DNA from: Candidatus Latescibacterota bacterium
GTDB taxonomy: Bacteria > Latescibacterota > UBA2968 > SICM01
Length of the DNA: 64,000 nt
Reading direction: 5' to 3'
Assembly: GCA_965217865.1 (NCBI GenBank)
Contig: CBDCJO010000002.1
Coordinates: 4,992,001-5,056,000, forward strand
In this document: piece after piece, positions 19,219 to 28,231 of the stretch
Numbering within the stretch: position 1 is the stretch's first letter
Layout: the number at the start of each line of letters is the position of its first letter
The notes under the pieces: model-generated
Told to the model about the DNA's origin: nothing
Databases searched by the model: none
What the model saw: only the letters and a program-made list of their open reading frames with translations
Program-made: the position numbers and the translations under genes

Positions 19219-19285
19219 AGTTAACACAACACTCCCGAGCTTCGGCCCGTTTCGGGCCTGGCCGTCCGACGGGGTCGGCTCAGGT
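19219..19285 (+). other. Partial attC-like site
   Basis: AGTTAAC-ACAACACTCCC start resembles the 8484 site; internal hairpin GGCCCG-TTT-CGGGCC; right arm not found. Confidence 0.5.
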
Positions 19286-19401
19286 CATGGGGTTGGAACG
19301 GCCGGGGATGGAATTGTGAAAAACTCGCCGAACCAGGTTTCGCATGGGACGTCGCTATCGGACCCCGGGTCAAGGCCATGGTCCGCCTCGCAGGTGAGGA
19401 G

Positions 19402-20553
19402 ATGAACAATCCGTACGAAAGCGTGAACTGGCAGAGTACGATCAGAGTCGGATCCGCAACCCATATACACCTAGACAACCAGAGCGACATGGATAACGGG
19501 TATCGTTTTGGCCTAAGGCATTTACCAATATCTAACTACTACCCGTCAGCGCCTTATGACGCGGACACCCGGCTCAGTGATTTCCGGTTGCGTCAATGGT
19601 GGGGAATCAAGCGCCACGGAGAGCTGTTGGATCCGCCCATCAATTGGAACGGCATCATCACCTGGCCGGATGAGTTCGAAGCGCCGTACAGATCGGAGTT
19701 TCCCTTTACCGAAACGGACCCTGTGTTCACGAAAATCCCTGAGGATGTGATCTTAAGCCACAATGCGGAGCATCATGGGTTCACCAATTCAGGAGCCCAC
19801 ATATGCAGTCCGGGCTCCTCCTTTGCCTCAGGAACCTTCGATGTACGGGGGCGGCGTTATCATCTGAAGGAACACGGCTTCCCCGTGGGCTTTGGAGGCA
19901 CGTGGCAGGAAGGTTTTGAAGGCATGCTCCAGGCCATCGACTATTCCGACGGGGGAGGAATCACGATCGCTCACCCGACCTGGTTTTCCCGGTTTTCGGA
20001 CGACCGCGTCTTGGAGATGCTGGATTTTGACGAGAGGGTTCTTGGAATCGAAATCTACAACGACTACTCAGCCACGAGAAACTGGTTCGAGAATCCTGAC
20101 TACAAAGCCCCATCCGAGTCAGAACCCGGCTTTTCTCTGAACCTCTGGGACCGGATTCTGTCCACGGGTCGAAGATGCTGGGGCTTTTGCGTGCCCGATC
20201 ACAGTGTCTGCAAAGTCGGAGACTGGCACGGGCGAAATATCCTCCTTGTCTCCGAATTCACGGAACACGACTGCCTGAAAGCCTATCGCCAAGGCCGGTT
20301 CTACGGGTGTTTGAAGGGCAGTAGTCTCACAATCACGGACTTCACGGCCACGGATTCCTCGATCTCCGTCACGGCCAGTTCCACAGCAACGATCAAGTTC
20401 ATAACCGATGCCGGCCTGGCAAAATCGATTACGGGAGACACCGCCGTTTACGAGTTGCCGCAAAAAATCGGCGCCCCTGATGTGAAATATGTACGCGTGG
20501 AACTCGAGGATGAATCCGGAGAACGCCTCTTCCTGCAACCAGTCTTGATGTAG
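19402..20553 (+). CDS. Hypothetical protein, PHP-like metallophosphoesterase
   Basis: GAGGAG RBS; THIH, NAEHH, IAHP, GIEIYN, PDH metal-binding pattern. Confidence 0.6.
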   Translation: MNNPYESVNWQSTIRVGSATHIHLDNQSDMDNGYRFGLRHLPISNYYPSAPYDADTRLSDFRLRQWWGIKRHGELLDPPINWNGIITWPDEFEAPYRSEFPFTETDPVFTKIPEDVILSHNAEHHGFTNSGAHICSPGSSFASGTFDVRGRRYHLKEHGFPVGFGGTWQEGFEGMLQAIDYSDGGGITIAHPTWFSRFSDDRVLEMLDFDERVLGIEIYNDYSATRNWFENPDYKAPSESEPGFSLNLWDRILSTGRRCWGFCVPDHSVCKVGDWHGRNILLVSEFTEHDCLKAYRQGRFYGCLKGSSLTITDFTATDSSISVTASSTATIKFITDAGLAKSITGDTAVYELPQKIGAPDVKYVRVELEDESGERLFLQPVLM

Positions 20554-20929
20554 CAGCCGAGCTTGAGGAGCTTATGACGAAGTCATTTGCAGCACTCGCG
20601 GAATCGTACAGGAAGGCTCTTGCGCCTTCGATCCAAAACACAAACCCGAAGACCAGTCGACACGTTCTACTCAGAAAGAATTCGACCACCCGAACACCCC
20701 TGAATGGGTAAAGACCAAGGCGTCGGGAATGGTATGTACTCTTCCGGTAGGCCCTGAATACTCAGGAGAGACAAAGGCTAACGAGGATAGAGGCGATCCT
20801 TGCGGGCGAAGGCAAGGTCGAGAACATCAGGCAGGACGCGTACCACGTTTTTGAGGCACAGAAGCAAGGCTCCTACTTCATCACTACAGACTAAAGGATT
20901 CTGACATTTGAACTCGTTTGGGCAACACG

Positions 20930-21110
20930 ATGGGAGCTGAAGCAAACAGAGTGATCGCCCCAATCCTAGGTCTGCCCGAACTACCCGTTATTGACTTTCC
21001 ACGCGATGATGTTTCGGGATTACTTGCGTGAAAATCCTGATGAACAAAGAAAGTATGAGGGGCCCTATGACTCTGTGCGTTTTTCAAAGATCCAAAAGTA
21101 ATGTGTTGGC
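20930..21110 (+). pseudogene. GrpB-family remnant
   Basis: Fragment FRDYLRENPDEQRKYE near 21012-21060. Confidence 0.45.
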
Positions 21111-21139
21111 AATTCCAGTGAAGTGAAGAGGGGGTAAGT

Positions 21140-22429
21140 ATGGATGATAAGATGAATATTCCTGAACTACATGCTCAGGTTGCTCGCCTGGAGAAAGAGT
21201 TAAGAGAAGCTCGCGACCTGTTGGCGCAGGCAACGCACGATTCTGAATCGGTGACTGCTGAATTGAAACTTACGCGAGCTTATGCACTCAGTGCTGCAAA
21301 AGATTCGATTGAGGAAGTGATTGAAGGTTGTGCGGGTTCGCTGAGTCGTTATGGGTTCTGTGTGATTGACGATGTGATCCCGCCTGATGAGGTGGGTAAA
21401 ATTCGTGAAGAAGCGGTCGCCGCTTCAGCAACGGTTGCTCAAAATATAAAAGCGATACAAGACTTGCTTGGCGACCGGGAATTGTCTCCTGAGGAAGTTT
21501 TACGTGAGGCGAAGGCAAAAGGTGTGGAAATGAGGCCTGTGCGCAGAGCAAGGCACCCACCCAAACCGCCGAACGATATTATATGGCTGCCGAAGTATGC
21601 ACAGCATTTGGCCAATCCTGTTGTGACCGCAGTGGCGCGTCATGTGCTCGACGATCACTTGCGTATTGCACAGTTGCATTCGCGGATGATTGTGGCGGAC
21701 AAACCCGATGGTACGTTGGGTGGATATGGCTCTCCCAAAACACGAGGGAATCCTGAGACGCGTGAATGGCATACAGATTGGCCTCACGATTTGTCTGCTT
21801 ATGGAAGAGATAATCCATTTCGAAATGCGGGCTGTATTCGCCAGCCTTTTCCAAACATTGCGATGTGTCTGGTTATGATCTGGTATTTGACGGATGTAGA
21901 TGAAACTTCTGGCGGGACGTGGGCAGTGCCTGGGTCGCATAGGGACAAACGCAATCCGCGTGGACCTGCTGATTGTATTTCGGTTACAGCGCCTATTCCT
22001 GGCGATATGCAGGTGAGTGCAAAGGCAGGGTCTGTTTTTATTCAGGATTCACGAAATTGGCACGGGTCTGCGATGCATAATCCCAGTGGGCGAGATCGGG
22101 TTGCGATCGTTAATCGATGGGCCCCATGGTGGTTGGCGGTCGATGATTATGCACCGGGCAATGTGTATAGCACCAATATGGTATGTCGTCCACTCGCGCA
22201 TGATGAGTATCTTGCGTTGCCTAAAGATCTACAACCGCTGATGCGCCATCTTTGCCCAGATGAACACGATACATTGCAGGAGCCGGTACTTGAACGTGCC
22301 AAAGAGTCTGGTTTGCGCGCTCAGTCATGTTTTCAGCAACTGGAAGAAGACCCAGATTCATTGGCAGATGCAAACGCTCACATTCGTGTGCCGGTGGATC
22401 GGTTATGCGATTCTACCCAAAACCTCTAA
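21140..22429 (+). CDS. Phytanoyl-CoA dioxygenase (PhyH) family Fe(II)/2OG oxygenase
   Basis: GFCVIDDVI, WHTDWPH, WYLTDV...GGTWAVPGSH, AGSVFIQDSRNWH. Confidence 0.88.
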   Translation: MDDKMNIPELHAQVARLEKELREARDLLAQATHDSESVTAELKLTRAYALSAAKDSIEEVIEGCAGSLSRYGFCVIDDVIPPDEVGKIREEAVAASATVAQNIKAIQDLLGDRELSPEEVLREAKAKGVEMRPVRRARHPPKPPNDIIWLPKYAQHLANPVVTAVARHVLDDHLRIAQLHSRMIVADKPDGTLGGYGSPKTRGNPETREWHTDWPHDLSAYGRDNPFRNAGCIRQPFPNIAMCLVMIWYLTDVDETSGGTWAVPGSHRDKRNPRGPADCISVTAPIPGDMQVSAKAGSVFIQDSRNWHGSAMHNPSGRDRVAIVNRWAPWWLAVDDYAPGNVYSTNMVCRPLAHDEYLALPKDLQPLMRHLCPDEHDTLQEPVLERAKESGLRAQSCFQQLEEDPDSLADANAHIRVPVDRLCDSTQNL

Positions 22430-22650
22430 CGAGGGAAGAAGCACGAAACTTCATTCGAGTGGTGTTAAGTCAATATAGGAAATGGGATTTTGGCTGGTGG
22501 GCCTCACATTACAGGAAGTGGACGGAGAAGAAGAGCTAGAGTTGGGCTACATGGTAAGGAGAGAATACTGGTGAGAGGGAATAGCGACGGAAGCAGCGAG
22601 GGCTTGTAGTGAGTATGCTTTTGATACGCTGGGATACAACCGAATCATAG
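22405..22650 (+). pseudogene. RimJ/RimL-like GNAT remnant
   Basis: Fragments MRFYPKPLTREEA, ELELGY...REYW*EGIATEAARAC.EYAF.TLG in broken frames. Confidence 0.6.
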
Positions 22651-22773
22651 GGCGGCCCTCCCTGGACGCCCAAACACATGGAACAACACTGAGATACTGG
22701 TGAGGGATCCGCTGCTGCCGAGCCCGCGGCTGAGCGGGATGTTATTCCGCCTAACGATTGGATGGAGGCAACG

Positions 22774-23280
22774 ATGCTTCAGAGACTCGTCGCACGTGAC
22801 GGCGAAGAGTTTGCGGTTCGCTCTACTGGGGGCAATTGGCTGCTTGCTTGGCATTCGCCGATTACGGTTCCCCCGGGTAAAGCCCATGGAGCGAACGGCT
22901 TCTGCGTGACCGCCGACGATGGCGTCGTGCTGATCAGCAACGATGGTGAGCGATGGGGCTGGCCAGGGGGTCGTCCCGAGGGTGACGAGTCTTGGGAGCA
23001 AACCTTCCGTCGTGAGATCTTGGAGGAGACGTGCGCCGTGGTGGGTGACGCCCGGCTCCTGGGTTTTTGTCGGTCCGTGTGCCTTACCGGCCCAGAGGAA
23101 GGTCTCGTACTGGTCCGGTCTGTGTGGCGGGCGGAAGTGGAGTTGATGCCGTGGGAGCCCCGTTTCGAGATTAGACATCGTCGGGTCATCCCGGCGAGTG
23201 AGCTACCGTCGCACTTTTGGATGGAAGAGGGATTTGAGCCCATTTATCATCGGGCGCTAGCTGAGGCAGGGTTGATGTAG
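22774..23280 (+). CDS. NUDIX hydrolase
   Basis: PGGRPEGDESWEQTFRREILEET Nudix box; GGAGG RBS. Confidence 0.9.
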   Translation: MLQRLVARDGEEFAVRSTGGNWLLAWHSPITVPPGKAHGANGFCVTADDGVVLISNDGERWGWPGGRPEGDESWEQTFRREILEETCAVVGDARLLGFCRSVCLTGPEEGLVLVRSVWRAEVELMPWEPRFEIRHRRVIPASELPSHFWMEEGFEPIYHRALAEAGLM

Positions 23281-23351
23281 GGATGCGCTGGCAATTTCTC
23301 TATACGTCATAAATAATTGCGCATATTTGTAAGATTCGTTATCTTAATACT

Positions 23352-23783
23352 ATGAAAAAGCTCACATTATCCGAAGCCGAGCGTGTCGTCCTCGTGCTAC
23401 AGGATGAGATCCGGCGATCTACGGAGTCCCGCTATGGCCATCGCCTGCACGGCATCTTGCTGATTGCCCAGGGAAACAGTGGTCGGGAGGTCGCCCGACT
23501 GCTTGGAGTCGCTCCTCGAACCGTAGCCTACTGGGTGCGAAGGTACAAACAGGGGGGGCTGGCCGAGCTCGTGGGGAGGGAGCGCTCCGGGCGTCCGCGG
23601 CGGCTGAGCGAAGAACAAGATGCGCAGATCGATGTGGCTCTGGGGAAGAGACCGAGGGACTTTGGCTTGGCCGGTAATGTCTGGACCGGCAAGACACTGG
23701 TGGCATTTATTAGGGAGCAGTGGGGTGTGATGCTGGGAGTACGGCAGTGTCAGAGGATGTTTCGGGAAAAGCAAAAACAGTAG
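23352..23783 (+). pseudogene. IS630-like transposase N-terminal HTH fragment
   Basis: HRLHGILL...EVARLLG...TV.YWVRRY..GGL...RSGRPRRL, WTGK, GVRQCQRMF; no DDE domain follows. Confidence 0.75.
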
Positions 23784-24690
23784 CAGTGGCAAGAAAGGCA
23801 AGGGCAGGGGTCAGAGGTCGGAGGCCAGAGGTCGGGGAAAGAAAGACCTTCCACCCATCCAGACCGGAATACAGAATACAGGAGTTAAAAAGACCGCCAA
23901 ACGTGAGTCGGGAAGAGCAGTAGCAGCAGACAAAGGCTGATGAAAAAAAAGCGAATACGGGGGTCAGAGTCAGGGGAAGTCGAAACCGCGAGCATCCGGG
24001 GGCAGATTTCCCAGTTCGAAGGGATCGGCTCCCAACTCATAAAACGAACCTATTACTAAATAGAAGCATATGGCGAGGGCAAGATTCTGTCAAATCAGCT
24101 TAGCATAAATATTTACAGTGTCTTAGATGGTAAAATCGCACAGGTTCTGGCTGCAGGTAAGGAAAGGGCCAGGGAGGCGGTGGAACAGGAAAAGGCAAGG
24201 ACGTGACCAATTCTGCGCGCGCGCAGAATTGGAAGGGGCCAGAGGCCAGAGGCTAGGGGTCGGAAAAAGCAAGGGGTCAAGTAGAGGACTTTGTATGAAT
24301 CTCTTCGGTTCCACCGGTTCTTTACAATTTTGAACGCGCGTTCAAAATTGACCTGGAGGAGTTACCGAAGCAGGTGAAAAATCCAAAGGAAACTGACCTG
24401 TATCTCTTTGACCAGAAATCAGATAGGCAAGGTTGAAACAACCTGGAACTGGCTGGAAGTCAGGGGTCAGTTGTCGGGAAAAGGAAGGGGTTAGCGAGAG
24501 GATTTTGTATTAATCTCTTCGGTTTCATCGGACATTTCCAATTCTGCACGCGCGTGCAGAATTAACCTGGGCGGGAAAAGGAGTAGCAGAAAGGTCGTCA
24601 AACGTGAGAGGTGAGATGTGAAACGGGAAAAGCGGAACGAGAAAAGCAGTGTCAGTGGCAGGAAAAGCAAAGGCAGGAGTCAGAGGAAAT
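23783..24690 (-). repeat. Purine-rich mosaic of short repeats, reverse complement of the 6760-7300 mosaic
   Basis: For example GGGGTCAGAGGTCGGAGG, GCAGTGGCAG, GTGAGAGGTGAGATGTGAAACGGG. Confidence 0.8.
24095..24570 (+). pseudogene. Degenerate, partly duplicated copies of the DUF1016 N-terminal coding region with three palindrome variants
   Basis: GGTAAGGAAAGGGCC...GTGGAAC and TTGTATGAATCTCT align with 4477-4507 and 4642-4655; palindromes at 24207-24232, 24325-24350 and 24540-24563. Confidence 0.85.
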
Positions 24691-25045
24691 GGGAGATCGA
24701 TAAAAGGCATTGCAGATTGAATATACGACCGGGTTTCATCGTCCTCGACTGGTAGAATACCCGGGCTTATTTGAAAGACGGTAAAGCATCCATTTTATTA
24801 CTTAACGGATCTTAACAAGACTTTACAGAAGAATTCTAATCAAATCCTGAAAAAATAATCAAGGGGATATCACCCGGGACTTTGTAATCATCTGGCCCGG
24901 CATTATCCCCTTTTGGTCATGCAGGCAAAAACGGACAATCCTCAAGGCGGGGAGGCGTCAGGTCTTTTTAGTTTGACAATGCTTTTACTCGTGGATACCT
25001 TGTTCAAGGGATGGATTTTAAGACACCGCTTGGAGGAAAGCACCA

Positions 25046-26392
25046 ATGCCAGCGACGACCGAATCACTCGAGCAGAAGCTGAAGTCCTGGAAGAATCCGG
25101 TCGAGATGATGCGGAACGCACAGACCGGGCCCTACATTTTTCCGATCTCTCCGGAGTTCAGCAACTGGCGTGACGAGCAGGAGGCATGGTTCAAGACGGC
25201 CGTCCTTTTCGATCTCTCAAAACACATGACGGACATATATTTGGAGGGACGAGATCTGATTCGCCTGCTGGAAAGCCTCGCGGTCAATAGTTTCAAGAAC
25301 TTTGGGCCGAACAAAGCAAAGCAGATCGTCTGCTGCAACGAAGAAGGCTTTGTGATCGGGGACGCGATTCTGTTTTGCCTTGCCGAGAACAAAGTCAACA
25401 TCAGCGGTCGACCGTCCGTGCCTAACTGGGTCGCCTACCACGCTGAGACCGGTGACTATGGCGTCAGTGTATCACGCGACAATCGGTCCGTTCAAAACGA
25501 AGCAGAACGCAGAACCTATCGCTATCAGGTTCAAGGTCCGAACGCCGGTGCGATCCTGGAAGCTGCTACGGGCCGTCCTCTGCCTCCCATCAAATTCTTC
25601 AACATCGGCGAGGTCACCATCGCCGGAAAGACCGTGAACGCACTGAATCATGGTATGGCTCGGACTCAAGGACTGGAGTTGTGGGGGCCTTCTGAAGATG
25701 GTGAGATCATACGTTCCGCACTCATGGAAGCCGGCGAGGCCCACGGTTTGAAGGAAGTCGGCGCTCGCGCATACTCCACGGTTTCACCGGAGTCAGGCTG
25801 GATTCCCTCACCCATGCCGGCGATTTACACAGATTCGATGAAAGCCTACCGAGAATGGCTGCCTGCAGACGGTTTCGAAGCGAACGCCTCTCTTGGCGGA
25901 AGCTTTTATTCCGATGATATCGAGGACTACTACCAAACCCCTTGGGACCTGGGTTATGGTATGCACGTAAAGTTCGACCACGATTTCATCGGTCGAGAAG
26001 CGCTTGAGAAGATGGCCGATCAGCCCCACCGCCAGAAGGTCTGGCTGGTGTGGAACGACGATGATGTGGTTCGCATTCTCGCCAGCATGTTCGGTTCAGG
26101 TGACCGCTACAAGCACTTGGAAGCTCCCGGGTCACATTACTCCGCGTTACCGTTCGACAAGGTTCTGCTGAACGGAAAACTTGTCGGGCTCTCTACGTAC
26201 AGTTGTTATACGTCCAATGTTCGCGCCTGGTTTTCGCTTGCAATGGTTGATGAGGATCAGGCAGTCGACGGGGCAGAGGTCACGCTCGTCTGGGGCGAGG
26301 AGGGGGGCGGTTCCTCCAAACCTGTTGTGGAACGTCACGTGCAGACCGAGGTCCGGGCAGTCATTCACACGTCGCGTCCGACTGTCCAGTAA
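25046..26392 (+). CDS. ligM: THF-dependent aryl O-demethylase (LigM/DesA-like, GcvT family)
   Basis: EFSNWRDEQ.AW, LFDLSKHM, ALNHGM, GARAYS...ESGWIPSP.PAIY, ERHVQ. Confidence 0.82.
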   Translation: MPATTESLEQKLKSWKNPVEMMRNAQTGPYIFPISPEFSNWRDEQEAWFKTAVLFDLSKHMTDIYLEGRDLIRLLESLAVNSFKNFGPNKAKQIVCCNEEGFVIGDAILFCLAENKVNISGRPSVPNWVAYHAETGDYGVSVSRDNRSVQNEAERRTYRYQVQGPNAGAILEAATGRPLPPIKFFNIGEVTIAGKTVNALNHGMARTQGLELWGPSEDGEIIRSALMEAGEAHGLKEVGARAYSTVSPESGWIPSPMPAIYTDSMKAYREWLPADGFEANASLGGSFYSDDIEDYYQTPWDLGYGMHVKFDHDFIGREALEKMADQPHRQKVWLVWNDDDVVRILASMFGSGDRYKHLEAPGSHYSALPFDKVLLNGKLVGLSTYSCYTSNVRAWFSLAMVDEDQAVDGAEVTLVWGEEGGGSSKPVVERHVQTEVRAVIHTSRPTVQ

Positions 26393-26865
26393 CGAACGAT
26401 TCGACTGGGCGTTCTGGCGTTAAGTTGATTTCCCTCCGAGGAAGAGCAGAAAGATGGTGTTCCCTGCATGATCTACGAAATCGAGAAATGGGTTAAAGAG
26501 AAGCTCTTCGATTGCCAGTTTTGCTGACAATGCGGGGGTTCAGTTTTAATCGTGGATTCCTCCTGGCTTTTTCGGCTTAACACCCAAAATACCCCTCCGT
26601 AAATTGTCCCCGTTGTCCAATCGAAGTCTAAGTTTCGTGTCGGGAAGGCCCCGATGGACGCCGAAGTGAATAGCAAACAAGGGTAACGGTCAAGCCGCAT
26701 CCAAATAGGTGCGGCTTTTGTGTGTGGACTAAAATGCCTGCTCCAAGTATTCAAGTCTGGTAGGCGTTCCGATCTTGCGCGAATAGAAGCCAGGACAATC
26801 ACGGGTGCCCTCGTGTGGGGTGGAGGTAACGTGATCAGGAATCACCCATAAGGAAGGCGGAGGAA

Positions 26866-28134
26866 ATGGATCCCCTGTTTGCTGAACGTGTTGCGGCGAC
26901 CGTTCCAAAAGAAACCCTGTTCCTGCATGTTTATTTCCCGGGAGACCACGGGGGCATGCTGGAGCTTCCCGACAAACAGATGTTTATGGTTTACTCCACC
27001 GGCTATTCCCGCTCAGCGTCACTGCGGGGATCCCTGTCAACCGACGGTGGAGAGACATGGGAAGAATCCCGGTCGCTTCTGGATGTTGATGGACAGGAGA
27101 TATCCGGGACCTCCCCGACGTTGATACGTCTGAAGTCGGAACGAATAGGGCTTTTCTACTCCACAACCGGATGGGACGGGTCGGGACCGGACGTCCTGTC
27201 AGGGGCTGAACTCAGAAAGCGCGACAGCGCCGGAGCATGGTTTGTGAGCTCCGAGGATGAAGGACAGACCTGGTCAAAGCCCACAAGAGTCTCCGAGCCG
27301 GGTGTCGATGCGATTCCTATGCACGATTCGGCCATCGTCACGAGCCGGGGACGCATCGTCGCCCCCGTGTATCATTATGTGGGCCAGCGGAACATGATCC
27401 CCGAAGACCCGGGCAAATCGGTGGCATTGGCGGGAGACAGGTGGGTCCGTATCGGAGGTCACGATTTTGAGAACTGCATGGATTTCAGCTGGGTGTACTT
27501 CTCTGACGACGAAGGCAAAAGTTGGGAACGAAACCAGGACGGCACCATGATCGGGACCCTGGATTACAGCGCAGGGGGCCACTACTCTTGCGAGGAATCC
27601 GCTGTCGCCGAGGTCAGCCCGGATCACCTCTTACTGATCCACCGCACCCCCATGGGACGTCTTTATCAATCGTGGTCCAGCTACGACGGGACCACCTGGT
27701 CCTTGCCGGAGCCAACCTCCCTGGCCGCGTCACGAGCCCCCGCGAATCTGAAAAGGATCCCGGGAACGGATGATCTCCTGATCATCTGGAGCCAGGCGTC
27801 CGCCGAAGAGATCAGCATGGGTCACCATCGCCATCGGTTGAGCGCCGCAGTAAGTCACGATGGTGGCGTCACGTGGCAGCACCACAGAAACGTGAGGGCC
27901 CCCGAAAGCGACACGACGACGCGAGTGGACGTGCCGCCGATCCAATACTACCGTAGCTTAAGACACGCAAGCAGACGACGTACGGATGGGCGGCAGCCCT
28001 ACTCGAGCTATCCTGCAACGGCCTTCTGGGAGGATCGTGTCATCATCACCTTCTACTCACCCGGGCCCGATTCCCCAGAGGGAAAAAGGGGCGTGTGCAT
28101 GGGTCTTCCCTTGTCGTGGTTTTACAGTCCTTAG
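26866..28134 (+). CDS. BNR/Asp-box sialidase-family protein
   Basis: Five Asp boxes: STDGGETW, SEDEGQTW, SDDEGKSW, SYDGTTW, SHDGGVTW. Confidence 0.82.
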   Translation: MDPLFAERVAATVPKETLFLHVYFPGDHGGMLELPDKQMFMVYSTGYSRSASLRGSLSTDGGETWEESRSLLDVDGQEISGTSPTLIRLKSERIGLFYSTTGWDGSGPDVLSGAELRKRDSAGAWFVSSEDEGQTWSKPTRVSEPGVDAIPMHDSAIVTSRGRIVAPVYHYVGQRNMIPEDPGKSVALAGDRWVRIGGHDFENCMDFSWVYFSDDEGKSWERNQDGTMIGTLDYSAGGHYSCEESAVAEVSPDHLLLIHRTPMGRLYQSWSSYDGTTWSLPEPTSLAASRAPANLKRIPGTDDLLIIWSQASAEEISMGHHRHRLSAAVSHDGGVTWQHHRNVRAPESDTTTRVDVPPIQYYRSLRHASRRRTDGRQPYSSYPATAFWEDRVIITFYSPGPDSPEGKRGVCMGLPLSWFYSP

Positions 28135-28231
28135 GCCGATGAAATCCCTGTATGCCAACCTTATTCATAGTGTTGTAAAAACAAACGGTCTTGCTCCCTT
28201 ATAGAAAACACCCTAATCGTGGTCAAGTCTG

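Noticed and set aside
24207-24563. Three palindromes read as a CRISPR array
   Set aside because: Spacing is irregular (118 and 215 bp), repeats differ, intervening DNA is homologous to the DUF1016 gene, and no cas genes are present
4430-24570. Gene plus distant variant copies read as a diversity-generating retroelement
   Set aside because: No reverse transcriptase in the window, and mismatches are not adenine-specific and include indels
26535-26810. IS1380-like transposase tail on the minus strand
   Set aside because: Only a vague resemblance with internal stops; not supportable as a named feature
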